Assembly: GCA_963761725.1 (NCBI GenBank)
Contig: CAVXHP010000006.1
Location: forward strand, 253,534-317,533
Direction: 5' to 3'
Origin: an uncultured Cytophagales bacterium
GTDB taxonomy: Bacteria > Bacteroidota > Bacteroidia > Cytophagales > Bernardetiaceae
Length of the DNA stretch: 64,000 nucleotides
How positions within the stretch are numbered: the first letter of the stretch is position 1; each line of letters starts with the position of its first letter. The translations under genes were made by a program, and so were the position numbers. Shown here one piece after another: positions 39,797-50,072 of this stretch. The notes below the pieces were generated by a model, which was not told the origin of the DNA, searched no databases, and saw nothing but the letters and a program-made list of their open reading frames with translations.

Positions 39797-39840
39797 AAAT
39801 AGCCATTCATAATCAAAAATTATGAGTGGCTATTTTTCAT
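39797..39840 (+). terminator. Rho-independent terminator (ATAGCCATTCATAA...TTATGAGTGGCTAT followed by TTTT)
   Basis: A near-perfect 14-bp stem plus a T-run lies directly after 39443..39778. Confidence 0.5.
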
Positions 39841-39977
39841 TTTATAGGCATTGAAAGTATTAATGATTTATTTCATTTTTCAATTCAGAAAAGAAGTTGA
39901 ATTTATTTTGTCTTTTGGTTTTTTGCCTTTCGGTTCGCTCGTGGAAAAAGAAGAAAAGGAATAGCGAAATGTTGTTT

Positions 39978-40027
39978 AAAAAAAATTGCCTACTCACACT
40001 AAGGAGAGTAGGATGTTGGAGACTCTG
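39978..40027. repeat. Repeat R (copy 2)
   Basis: Matches 39234-39280. It lies ~40 bp before the right-hand att repeat. Confidence 0.55.
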
Positions 40028-40068
40028 CCTTTGTTAGTATTCCCACCAACGATATTTTCAATATTTCT

Positions 40069-40099
40069 AATCTCATAATTATTATTTTATCAAAATAAA
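40069..40099. repeat. 31-bp direct repeat (right copy; putative attR)
   Basis: Identical to 24870-24900. It lies 57 bp upstream of the sucD start. Confidence 0.7.
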
Positions 40100-40155
40100 A
40101 GGTATTTTTGTCTATATCATTTTTTACATTCACAAAAAATAACTATAACGAAACT

Positions 40156-41043
40156 ATGAGCGTACTTGTAAATAAAGATTCTAAAATTATCGTTCAAGGA
40201 TTTACTGGAAAAGAAGGTTCTTTTCATGCCGAACAAATGATCGAATACGGAACTAATGTAGTAGGTGGAGTTACACCAGGAAAAGGTGGTACTTTGCATT
40301 TGGGTTTGCCTGTTTATGATACGGTTGCTGATGCTGTTGAAGATGCAAAAGCTGATACTTCAATTATTTTTGTTCCACCTGCGTTTGCTGCCGATGCCAT
40401 TATGGAAGCTGCTGATGCTGGAATTAAGGTAATTATTGCGATTACAGAAGGAATTCCTGTTCAGGATATGGTAAAAGCAAAAGCATATGTTTTGGCTCAC
40501 AAAGATTGTCGTCTGATAGGTCCAAACTGTCCTGGAGTAATTACGCCAGGTGAAGCAAAAGTAGGAATTATGCCTGGTTTTGTATTCAAGAAAGGTAAAA
40601 TCGGAATTGTTTCTAAATCAGGAACATTGACGTATGAAGCTGCCGACCAAGTAGTAAAAGCAGGAATGGGAATCTCAACAGCTATCGGAATCGGTGGTGA
40701 CCCAATCATCGGAACAACTACAAAAGAAGCCGTAGAACTTTTGATGAATGACCCAGAAACAGAAGCAATCGTTATGATTGGTGAAATTGGTGGAAACTTA
40801 GAAGCAAATGCTGCTCGTTGGATTAAAGAAACAGGTAATAAGAAGCCAGTAGTTGGTTTTATTGCTGGACAAACAGCTCCAAAAGGAAAACGTATGGGAC
40901 ACGCAGGTGCAATAATCGGAGGTGCAGATGATACAGCAGAAGCAAAAATGCGTATTATGCGTGAATGTGGAATCCACGTGGTAGATTCTCCTGCAAATAT
41001 TGGAGTTACGATGAAAGAAGTTTTGGATAAAGCTCACGCTTAG
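40156..41043 (+). CDS. sucD: Succinyl-CoA ligase (ADP-forming) alpha subunit
   Basis: [45 protein letters not shown]...the phosphohistidine-loop region...is present. ATG at 40156 is preferred over the track start at 40108. Confidence 0.85.
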   Translation: MSVLVNKDSKIIVQGFTGKEGSFHAEQMIEYGTNVVGGVTPGKGGTLHLGLPVYDTVADAVEDAKADTSIIFVPPAFAADAIMEAADAGIKVIIAITEGIPVQDMVKAKAYVLAHKDCRLIGPNCPGVITPGEAKVGIMPGFVFKKGKIGIVSKSGTLTYEAADQVVKAGMGISTAIGIGGDPIIGTTTKEAVELLMNDPETEAIVMIGEIGGNLEANAARWIKETGNKKPVVGFIAGQTAPKGKRMGHAGAIIGGADDTAEAKMRIMRECGIHVVDSPANIGVTMKEVLDKAHA

Positions 41044-41044
41044 T

Positions 41045-41205
41045 TTCTTCAATTACGAATTACGAATTAAAAATTACGAATGTAAATTGCTATTTATTAG
41101 CTCTCTTTAATTTAAGAATTAGTGTTTTAATTTGTGATAATTAAATTCCTTTCTAAATTAGAAAAAATTCTACGTAATTTTTAATTCGTAATCCGTAATT
41201 ATTCA
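41045..41205. repeat. MITE-like element: inverted AATTACGAATTACGAATTAAAAATTACGAA / TACGTAATTTTTAATTCGTAATCCGTAATT ends flanking ~90 bp
   Basis: The terminal inverted repeats fill the gap between the convergent genes sucD and 41206..42486. Confidence 0.55.
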
Positions 41206-42486
41206 TTAATCCTCCAACGTCTGCAAATCTTTCCAAATTCGTTGAATTACGTTTTCTTCTTTTGGATTATAAACCCAATTGTGGTCAAAGACTTCCAATA
41301 TTTCTGCATTTGCATCTTTAGCAATGGCAAGACTGTGAAAACGAGTATCTTTTTGGCGTTCGGTTTCCATTCGTTTTATAAAATCTTCTCTCAAAGAATA
41401 CATCACAAAATCCGAAACCATAAGTACATCGGCATCTTTAAAGTCATTTTCTTTTAACAGGTTTAATGTTTCAGAAAGTGCGGGTGTGGCATCTGTTCCA
41501 CCATCAAAAGACATAGATAAGAAATCTACAATTCTATCCAACGATTCTGCAATATCATCTAAGCGAATTTTCTTTATTCCTACCGAAAACGATATTAAAT
41601 AAGCCTTTCTACTTTCTTTTGCAGCCATTTTCATAATAGCAAAACAGAGCGTTTTGGCAATCTGTGAAGGTGTTCCTTGCATTGAACCACTTGTATCAAT
41701 ACAGACTATAAATGCTCCTTTTTCTTTCTTTTTTTGATGTTGGTGTGAAAATGTTTCTTCTTCAGAATTATAAATAGTCTTTGTTCCTTCGTATTGAAAA
41801 GATAATAATTGACTATCAGCATATTTTTTCAAAAACATCCATTCGGTTTCTGGCGTTGCTAGAAAAGCAATTTCAGACGGCAAGACCGTATTCAAATCAT
41901 TACTTGTTCGTGTTCCGTTTATTTCAGAACGCAAATGTGGGTCTTTTACTTTGGATTGATAAACGACAACTTCTTTATATTCTTCTTCTTCAGTTTCAAT
42001 TTGTGCTTCACGCATTTTTCCTAGTAAATCTACCAGTTCTTGAATCGCTGTTTCGTTTTCTAAAATAGCAGCATATTTTTCTAGTGCTTCAAAACCCGTT
42101 TTTTTCCAAAGTGCTTGCGACAAATCCCAATAACGACCTACTTCCATTGCAAAAGGCGAAATCAGTTTGCCTAATTTTTCCAAATCATCAGCTTTTTGAT
42201 AGAGTTTTTGAGAAAAATCTTCGCTTGCCTCTTCTAAATAGTGAGCTTGAAATTCTAACCATTTTGCTGTCAAAAGTGCGTCCCATTGTGCCAGTAAATC
42301 AGCAATTAAAATATCTAAAGGTAACTTTTTTTCTGCTTGTGGGTCGTATTCTTTTGAGAGAATAAAATCTTTACTTTGAGGTATTAAATCTTTAAATTTT
42401 TGAGTATAGAAGCTACTATCTAACTCTTCTCTATTATATCGAATAGAAAGATAATTGATAAGATTATCCCAATCTGTCAGATACAA
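41206..42486 (-). CDS. von Willebrand factor A (VWA) domain protein with an N-terminal helical domain (ViaA/CoxE-like)
   Basis: A MIDAS motif (DTSGSM) and a VWA core (...LISFSVGIKKIRLDD...DGGTDATPAL...VLMVSDF) are present. Confidence 0.6.
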   Translation of the reverse strand: MYLTDWDNLINYLSIRYNREELDSSFYTQKFKDLIPQSKDFILSKEYDPQAEKKLPLDILIADLLAQWDALLTAKWLEFQAHYLEEASEDFSQKLYQKADDLEKLGKLISPFAMEVGRYWDLSQALWKKTGFEALEKYAAILENETAIQELVDLLGKMREAQIETEEEEYKEVVVYQSKVKDPHLRSEINGTRTSNDLNTVLPSEIAFLATPETEWMFLKKYADSQLLSFQYEGTKTIYNSEEETFSHQHQKKKEKGAFIVCIDTSGSMQGTPSQIAKTLCFAIMKMAAKESRKAYLISFSVGIKKIRLDDIAESLDRIVDFLSMSFDGGTDATPALSETLNLLKENDFKDADVLMVSDFVMYSLREDFIKRMETERQKDTRFHSLAIAKDANAEILEVFDHNWVYNPKEENVIQRIWKDLQTLED

Positions 42487-42600
42487 ATGGGTTGGTTTGT
42501 GCGCCCATGCATCAAACTTGTCTTGTTCTTCTTGAAATGGATTTTTTGCATTAATTTTTTTGTCTGTATCTTTTATCCATTTTATGGTGTCATTTATTAT

Positions 42601-42897
42601 CTAAGTGGTCAAAGATTCATTTTCTTTGGCAAGTTTAATAAGCGTTTGATTTTCAAAAATGGTATCTAATGTTTTTCTTAGATATGCAAAATAAGAAGAT
42701 TGAAATTCTTCTTTGTTTATCCCTTCTTCTCCTAATTGATTATATTCACTTTCATTATGTTTACTACTTTCTCCTTTCAGAATTGAATATAAATAAAACA
42801 CCAAAAACTTGCGTGTTGGTTTGTCTAATACTTTTCCAAAATCTATAAAACGGCTAAAGGTAAGTTCTAATTCTTCGTAAGAAATCATGTTCTTCAT
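42601..42897 (-). CDS. Hypothetical protein (98 aa)
   Basis: ORF upstream of the VWA gene. No family recognised. Confidence 0.25.
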   Translation of the reverse strand: MKNMISYEELELTFSRFIDFGKVLDKPTRKFLVFYLYSILKGESSKHNESEYNQLGEEGINKEEFQSSYFAYLRKTLDTIFENQTLIKLAKENESLTT

Positions 42898-42979
42898 AAT
42901 TGTCAGTTATCAGTTTTTCAGTAAACAGTTATCGCTTGAATACCTTTTGCTGGGTAGAATTGTTATTTAATGGATAAAC

Positions 42980-43465
42980 TTAATTTTCTCCTGCAATTTC
43001 TAAAATAGTAGCAAATAATTGCTCACTTATGAAAACTCCTTGTTGCTTTACTTGAAATAATAAAGGTTTTATTTCACTAATCAATCCTACTTCTTTAGCT
43101 CTAAGAAGCACACCAAACGAACCTATATAATTGCAATTTTGCCTTTGAGCATAAGTTCTACCTAATTTCTCATCAATAATAAGTAAATCAGCTTTCAATT
43201 CTTCGTATAAAATTAAGGCTTGAGCTTCTCCTTTGTCTAAATGATTTTCTAGTTGCTGTAAAGCTAATTTATTATTAACCTCTCTTATTTCTATCCAGTC
43301 ATAACTTTTCAAATCAGTATAAAACTCTTTTTCTACTCCATTTTCTATTTCTTCATATACACCTATTGGAATATATATTTTCCCATAGATTTCTTTCAAT
43401 ATTTCTAGTTTATCTATTACCAAAAACGTAATAATAGGAGTCGTATTTGAAACTATAATATCCAT
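42980..43465 (-). CDS. DUF3368-type PIN-like toxin
   Basis: 161 aa, paired with a UPF0175-type antitoxin immediately upstream. The stop and start are adjacent. Confidence 0.5.
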   Translation of the reverse strand: MDIIVSNTTPIITFLVIDKLEILKEIYGKIYIPIGVYEEIENGVEKEFYTDLKSYDWIEIREVNNKLALQQLENHLDKGEAQALILYEELKADLLIIDEKLGRTYAQRQNCNYIGSFGVLLRAKEVGLISEIKPLLFQVKQQGVFISEQLFATILEIAGEN

Positions 43466-43466
43466 T

Positions 43467-43745
43467 TTATTTTTTATGTAATCCAGTTTTACGAGCTTTA
43501 TTTAGTTCTTCTTGTAATTCTGATGTGTCTAAATCCTCAAAAATGCTTACTTGATATTGGTTTAATATATCAATAAAAGCAATTTTTGTAACTCCTAATA
43601 AAAATGCTGCTTTCCCAGAAGATACTTTTCCTAATTCATAAAGTTTTATCAGAGCTATTTTTTTTATTTCGTAACTAAACTCTACTTCATTCATGTGAAG
43701 TAAAAAGGCTAGTTCTTGAGGAAAATCTACTTGTAGTTGTTTCAT
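43467..43745 (-). CDS. UPF0175-family antitoxin
   Basis: 92 aa with a helix-turn-helix-like core LGKVSSGKAAFLLGVTKIAFIDIL. Confidence 0.5.
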   Translation of the reverse strand: MKQLQVDFPQELAFLLHMNEVEFSYEIKKIALIKLYELGKVSSGKAAFLLGVTKIAFIDILNQYQVSIFEDLDTSELQEELNKARKTGLHKK

Positions 43746-43809
43746 TTTTTAATAAAATTAATGTGTAATTATTCAACGAATTAAGTAATCAAAACGTTTT
43801 ACTCTGTTT

Positions 43810-44421
43810 TCATTTCTTCCACTCAAAAGTTTCCAACATGTGCATCATATCATCTTTTGTATATTTCAAAATTGGAGCAAGCGAATCATTTTGGCTAGAA
43901 GTAGGAACGTACATAGCTGCTCTCAAAAAATGCGTAGAACTATCAGAAACCCAATAATTAAAAACTGTCGGAACTTCTCCTTCCGAAAATGTAAAGACAA
44001 TTCCGTTACCCTTTTTTGAATCAATTACTTGGTCAATGGCAGACGAACGAGCTGTGTTTATTTCATTGAAAGTGATTTTGTGAGCATCGTTTACATATTC
44101 CATAAAAAGTTTGGGTTCGTTTTTTATCTCTTTGTAGGTAATATGAATTTCGGCTACACTTATAGGTGCATATTTCAACGTAATCCAATACTCTTCAGCA
44201 TTTTGGCTTTCGTTTTTAACTACTTTAGCGTATTTTGAATGCTCAAAAGAATACGGAAAATTACCTTCTAATTTTACATAACTCTTTTCTGGAAGGTCAA
44301 TTCTGAAATAACCGTAGGGTTTTGGAATAAAACTATCTTCTTCATTTTGGCAGGAAGAAAAAACTAAATTTGTTATAATAAATAAAAAAAGGAGCGTTGC
44401 AATGGGATGGATAAATTTCAT
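43810..44421 (-). CDS. gldD: Gliding-motility lipoprotein GldD-like
   Basis: The lipobox (VFSSC) is followed by PKPYGYFRIDLP, which resembles the GldD N-terminus. Size is ~200 aa. Confidence 0.4.
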   Translation of the reverse strand: MKFIHPIATLLFLFIITNLVFSSCQNEEDSFIPKPYGYFRIDLPEKSYVKLEGNFPYSFEHSKYAKVVKNESQNAEEYWITLKYAPISVAEIHITYKEIKNEPKLFMEYVNDAHKITFNEINTARSSAIDQVIDSKKGNGIVFTFSEGEVPTVFNYWVSDSSTHFLRAAMYVPTSSQNDSLAPILKYTKDDMMHMLETFEWKK

Positions 44422-45152
44422 CTTTTCGTTTTAATTTTCTTAGAATATTTTCTTAGGACTCTACTTGAAATTATATAACTTCAAAAAATAGTTTTTGGTA
44501 TAAATTATTTTTGTTCAATTTATTAAACCAATAAAATTAATTTCTTAGTAAACTTCTTTGCAAGCCCTATCATTATTTCAAATGAAGAGGCAGAATAATT
44601 CAACGAAAGATACATCAAAGGGAACAATAATTGTAAAAGTGATACTTAGATATATCAAAAAAGTGATTGTATTACCAAAATCAAACTGTATTAACACTAT
44701 TTCTTGTAAAAAATCTGTTTTTTAAACAAAAAAATCATAACAAAATCCTATCTTTACTAAAAAAATAGAAATGTATTCGTGTTTTAAAGACTAGAAAAAT
44801 CACAGAATTATTTTAGTAGTAAATAAACGCAAAATCTGTTTTTTTTTGATTTATCACTTTTCACTTTCTTATTCAATCGTGTTAGCGTATTTTTGTTTTT
44901 TCTATATTTTAAGGATTCTATTCAATATGCTACTCAAAAGAACCGTTAAATACGAAAGCGTAAGCTACATAAATAGAGAGTGATTCACTTTGTTTTAGAA
45001 AAGATTTTTTTAGTTTATATTAATTATTCATTTCCTGATTATATTTATCTTGTATTATTATTTTTTAAGTCTATCTATTTGAATGAATAGTTTGTACTCT
45101 GATTTGATAAATAAGTTATTATAGTAATTAAAATATAATTTGATTATATATT

Positions 45153-48100
45153 ATGCGTAACATACAATTTTTATTTCTTTCGTTTTTTGTTCTCATTAGT
45201 CTTACTGGCATTGCTCATTCTTCCTATGGACAGCTTCTTCAAGGTATTGTTACAGTGAATAATGGGGGTTCAATCAGCAATGATGCAGAAGGACGTGTTA
45301 TTTTGAAGATTTTTGCCAAAGGAGCCAGTGAAATGCGTGTTAGTAATAATGCCAGTTTTATTGGTGCAAAATGGGAACCTTTTGAAGGACAAAAAAGTTG
45401 GCGTTTGGATGCTCGTGAAGATGGAATCAAAACTGTTTATGTACAATTTAGAGATGGTTCTGCTACTATGGTTTCAGACCCTGCGGTTGCACAAGTAGAG
45501 CTTGACCGTAGCCCTCCTACCAATCCATCTATCAATATTAATTCAGGTGCAGAATATACTAATGCTAGAGATAGAAAAGTATATTTAGAATTGTATTGTG
45601 ATGAAGCCTATGAAATGCAGATTAGTAATAGAAGTGATTTTCAAGATGCTCCTCGTTGGTATCCTTATAAAGAAACTATACAAGGCTGGCCACTTACAGG
45701 TGGAGAAGGTACTAAGCAAGTATATGCTCGTTTCAAGGATTATGCAGGAAATATTTCTGCAAGTGCTGTTGATACTATTATTGTTGATCAAACTCCTCCA
45801 AAGGGACAATTTGAAATAAATAATAATGCAAAATTTACGACTACTCGTAATGTAAAACTACAATTTAATGCTGAAGGAGCAAGTGATATTTCTATTCAAT
45901 CATTAGGAACTTGGGTACCTTATGCAAAGGAGATGGATTTTGAGTTATCTGCTGTGCAAGGTCCTCAAGTAGTAGCGGTAAAGTTTAGAGATAAAATGGG
46001 TAATCAATCAAAACCTGCTTTTGCACGTATTATTTTAGATTTAGAGGCTCCTTCTATGCCTAGAATATTATTGAACGGTGGAAATCGCTACACCAAAAGT
46101 TATAATGTAAATATTCGTCTTTCTGCTATTGGTGCATCTGAAATGATAGTTAGTAATAATCCAGATTTGCGTGGTGCAGAATGGCAACCCTATCGCTATT
46201 TACTTCCTAGCTGGACATTTGATGTAACAGATGGAGAAAAAACAGTTTATGTGAAATTTAGAGACGAAGCGGGAAATGAAACAGAAATAAAATCAGATAA
46301 AATTATTCTTGATCAAGGACAACCCTCAGGAGGAAAAATAAAAATTATCTCAAAAGAAGGCACTCAAGGAATAACAAGTAATAAAGAAGGATTAGTAAAC
46401 CTTGAGCTTTCAGTGGAAGGCGATGATGCTCGTTATATGATGGTTAGCAATACAGAAAATTTCTTTGAAGGACGTTGGGAGATTTATAGAAATAAGGTAG
46501 AAGATTGGAAATTGGCAGTAGGAGACGGTGAAAAAGCAGTTTATGTGAAATTTAGAGATAGAGCAGGTAATGTTTCCAGTCCTGTTTCGGATAGGGTAAT
46601 CTTAGACCTTACTGCTCCCATTGATACACGTATAGCCGTAGAAAAAAGAGCTAAATACGTACAAAGCAATTCGGTTGCTGTAAATGTATATGCTCGTGGA
46701 GCAAGTGAAGTAATGTTAGGCAAATCCGAACAGTTTACGAATGGAAAGTGGCAAAAATACGAAGAAGAAATAAAAGGTTGGCAATTAGAAGGAGAAGACG
46801 GAAAAAAAGTAGTTTATGCAAAATTCAAAGACCAAGCAGGAAACGAAACTCCACCTATTAGTACAGAAATTATTTTGGATAGAGTAGCACCACAAGACCC
46901 ACAAATTAGAATAAATAAAGGAGATAGTGTTACTAATAATCCGAATAAAACAGTTTTGATGCAAGCTAAATCCGATGGAGCAGTGATGATGCAACTCGGT
47001 ATGGACGAAATTTTTAGTGGTAGCCGTTGGATTAATTATCAAGCAGGAAAAAATATTCCTTTTACCCTACCAGGTGATGATGGAATGAAAGAAGTGTTTG
47101 CTCGTTTTAGAGATGAAGCGGGAAATGTTTCGGATATAGTTTCTCAAAAAATCCTTCTTGACCGTACTCCTCCTATTGTTGGGGAAGTCAAAATAAATGA
47201 AGGAGATAATGGAACAAATATTCAAACAGTATCTCTTACCTTAAATGCACAAGGTGCAACTCATATGATGCTATCTAGCCGTATCAATTTTCCAGACGCA
47301 AAATGGGAGTCTTACAATACAACAAGGCAATTTACTTTAGTAGGAGATGATGGAGTTAAGTTTGTTTTTGTTCGTTATAGAGATGGGGTGGGTAATATTT
47401 CTGAAATTGCCTACGATAGAATTGGTCTTGATCGTACAGCTCCTACTGAAGGTGAAATTGTGATAAACAAAAATGCAAAATATACCACAAATATCAACAA
47501 ATATGTAACGCTTCAACTTCGTGCTAAAGGTGCCTCAGAAATGCGTATTGGTAAAAGCGAATCTATGGATAGTGCTTCATGGCAGACTTACAGACCAATT
47601 ATTACAAATCATATTTTACCAAATGAAGATGGCGAAAATAAAGTTTGGGTACAATTTGGAGATAAATCAGGCAATCAAACCAAACCAATTAGTGCAAGTA
47701 TTATTTTGGATAGACAAGCACCCTTTGGAGAGGAAATTATAATAAATGGAAGTGAGCCTTATACGAATAAGCATCAAGTAAAATTAGATATAATGGCAGA
47801 AGAGGCATCACATATGATGATTAGTAATATGAGAGGTTTTCCACCTCCTGCACGATGGGAAGATTACAATACGACTTCTAATTGGACTCTTTCTGGTGCA
47901 GATGGTTACAAAACAGTTTATATAAAGTTTAGAGACGAAGCTGGAAATCAGTCTTTTGTGGCTAGTTCTCAGATTCTTTTAGACACGCAGCCACCACAAC
48001 CTGGTATTATCAGGATTGAAGGAGGACAAACTCGTGTCAAAGACAATCAAGTAACATTACTATTCAATGCTCGTCAAGCTAATTATATTATGGTTTCGAA

Positions 48101-48266
48101 TTCGGCTAAATTTGATGATGGTGCATATTGGCAAGAATATACTGATAAATTAGATTGGGTTCTTACAAGTGGCGAAGGCTACAAAAGAGTGTATGCAAAA
48201 TTCAAAGATACCAGTGAAAACGAAACAGGAATTATCTTTGCAGAAATTACGGTAGAAGGCTTTTAA
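45153..48266 (+). CDS. Secreted 1037-aa protein of ten tandem ~104-aa domains
   Basis: A signal peptide is present. A repeating unit recurs ten times: AP....I.IN.G..YTN...V.L.L.A.GASEM..SN...F....W..Y.....W.L..GDG.KTVYVKFRD.AGN.S...SD.IILD. The nucleotide copies have diverged. Confidence 0.6.
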   Translation: MRNIQFLFLSFFVLISLTGIAHSSYGQLLQGIVTVNNGGSISNDAEGRVILKIFAKGASEMRVSNNASFIGAKWEPFEGQKSWRLDAREDGIKTVYVQFRDGSATMVSDPAVAQVELDRSPPTNPSININSGAEYTNARDRKVYLELYCDEAYEMQISNRSDFQDAPRWYPYKETIQGWPLTGGEGTKQVYARFKDYAGNISASAVDTIIVDQTPPKGQFEINNNAKFTTTRNVKLQFNAEGASDISIQSLGTWVPYAKEMDFELSAVQGPQVVAVKFRDKMGNQSKPAFARIILDLEAPSMPRILLNGGNRYTKSYNVNIRLSAIGASEMIVSNNPDLRGAEWQPYRYLLPSWTFDVTDGEKTVYVKFRDEAGNETEIKSDKIILDQGQPSGGKIKIISKEGTQGITSNKEGLVNLELSVEGDDARYMMVSNTENFFEGRWEIYRNKVEDWKLAVGDGEKAVYVKFRDRAGNVSSPVSDRVILDLTAPIDTRIAVEKRAKYVQSNSVAVNVYARGASEVMLGKSEQFTNGKWQKYEEEIKGWQLEGEDGKKVVYAKFKDQAGNETPPISTEIILDRVAPQDPQIRINKGDSVTNNPNKTVLMQAKSDGAVMMQLGMDEIFSGSRWINYQAGKNIPFTLPGDDGMKEVFARFRDEAGNVSDIVSQKILLDRTPPIVGEVKINEGDNGTNIQTVSLTLNAQGATHMMLSSRINFPDAKWESYNTTRQFTLVGDDGVKFVFVRYRDGVGNISEIAYDRIGLDRTAPTEGEIVINKNAKYTTNINKYVTLQLRAKGASEMRIGKSESMDSASWQTYRPIITNHILPNEDGENKVWVQFGDKSGNQTKPISASIILDRQAPFGEEIIINGSEPYTNKHQVKLDIMAEEASHMMISNMRGFPPPARWEDYNTTSNWTLSGADGYKTVYIKFRDEAGNQSFVASSQILLDTQPPQPGIIRIEGGQTRVKDNQVTLLFNARQANYIMVSNSAKFDDGAYWQEYTDKLDWVLTSGEGYKRVYAKFKDTSENETGIIFAEITVEGF

Positions 48267-48285
48267 AATCATCAACTTTAAGAAC

Positions 48286-48326
48286 AAAGCATTTTCATAA
48301 TTTTACTATGAAAATGCTTTTTTTGT
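48286..48326 (+). terminator. Rho-independent terminator (AAAGCATTTTCAT...ATGAAAATGCTTT plus a T-run)
   Basis: A perfect 13-bp stem lies immediately after the repeat-protein gene. Confidence 0.55.
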
Positions 48327-48452
48327 TTTATGAAAAAAGCATTTGTAGTTCAAAAGGCTTGCCTTTGACTATATTCTTTTTTTGGTATATTTGTGCTATT
48401 AAAACAGTATTGAAAAACAAGTAGAAGACAATTTTAAAAGAGAAAATAAATT

Positions 48453-49842
48453 ATGAAAAAACCTTCTGTTCCACAGGGAATGCGTGATTTTTCACCCAAT
48501 CAAATGCTCAAACGTCAATGGCTTTTTGATTCTATAAAAAAGGTATTTGTAAAATATGGTTTTCTACCTTTAGAAACTCCTACAATGGAAAATCTAAATT
48601 CTCTAACAGGAAAATATGGCGATGAAGGCGACCAGCTTCTTTTTAGAGTGCTTAATTCAGGCGATTTTTTGAAAGATGTACAAAAAAAAGAGGGTCAAAA
48701 AAAAGTAGAAGAATTAGATTATAAAGAAATTACGACAAAGGTAAGTAAGCGAGGTTTACGATATGATTTGACTGTTCCTTTTGCTCGTTATGTAGTTCAG
48801 CACCAAAGCGAAATTACGTTTCCTTTTCGCAGATTTCAAATTCAACCTGTTTGGCGTGCCGACCGTCCACAAAAAGGACGTTACCGTGAATTCTATCAAT
48901 GTGATGCTGATGTTGTGGGTTCAGATTCTTTAATTAATGAAGCCGAATTATTACAATTAGCCGATGAGGTTTTTGAGAAATTGAATCTAAAAGTTACTAT
49001 CAAACTCAATAGTAGAAAAATATTGCAAGGACTTTCAGAAGTAGTCGGTTTTCCAGAAAAAATGACTGATATTACTGTTGCCATTGATAAGTTAGATAAA
49101 ATCGGCTGGGAAGGCGTTTCGAAAAGAACTCACAGAAAGAGAACTTTCAGAAGAGGCTATTTCTAAAATAAGTGAATTTATAGATTTCTTGACCAATAAA
49201 AATACAAGTTTCAATCAAGAGAAATTAGATTACTTAAAATCTTTTTTTAGTGGAAATCAAGTAGGAGAAGCAGGAATTATAGAACTAGAACAAGTACAAC
49301 AGTTTTTAGAGCATATTCCGTTTGTCAATAATTTAGAAATTGACCCAACTCTTGCAAGAGGTTTAGGATATTACACAGGCTGTATTTATGAAATAAAAGC
49401 AGACGAAGCCCAAATGGGTAGTATTGGTGGTGGAGGTCGTTATGATGACCTTACAGGAATTTTTGGTTTAAAAGGATATTCTGGAGTAGGAATTTCATTT
49501 GGAATAGAACGAATTTATGATGTTTTGGAAGACTTAGATTTATTTCCAAAAGAAATTTCAGAATCTACCAAAATTATATTTTTAGCCTTTGATGAATCTG
49601 CACGAATTTGGAGTTTGCCACTTGTAAGAAGGCTTAGAGACAGAAATATTGCTACCGAAGTCTATACAGAAAACAAGAATATCAAAAAACAATTTGATTA
49701 TGCCAATAAAAGAAATATTCCTTTTTGTGTAATTATAGGAGATAATGAAATGAAAACAGGAAAATTGGCAGTCAAAAATATGGTTGAAGGTTCGCAAGAA
49801 GTAATGTCTATTGATGAACTAATTGAAAAATTTGCTTTATGA
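48453..49842 (+). pseudogene. hisS: Histidine--tRNA ligase with a +1 frameshift in an A4 run (49122-49125)
   Basis: An N-terminal class II core ([34 protein letters not shown]...[26 protein letters not shown]) is present. A C-terminal motif 3 and anticodon-binding domain (GGGGRYDDLTGIFG...GVGISFGIERI) are present. Track ORFs 48453..49166 and 49189..49842 are +1 apart. Deleting one A gives ...[19 protein letters not shown].... Confidence 0.7.
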
Positions 49843-50072
49843 TTAATTTCTTGTCTAAAACTTTGTCAGTAGTGTTTTGGTAATCCAAAATAACTCTGAA
49901 TAGTTGATGTAAATATTTATATCAAACTATTGATAGCCTTCTGGAAGGTCTGTCAAAGTTTTAGAAACAAAAAGACATTTAGACAAAAAAATAAGCCTTC
50001 AAAAATTAAACGTTTTTGAAGGCTTATTTTTACACTAATCACTAATAATTAAAAAATTAATCACTAGATCTG

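Larger units (their letters stand above)
24870..40099 (+). mobile_element. Integrated mobile element / genomic island (~15.2 kb) with integrase, plasmid-like backbone and cargo
   Basis: It is bounded by perfect 31-bp direct repeats. A tyrosine integrase sits at the left end. Iterons, a Rep_3 gene, a toxin-like gene and cargo operons lie inside. The insertion is intergenic, between a lipoprotein gene and sucD, not at a tRNA. Confidence 0.65.
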
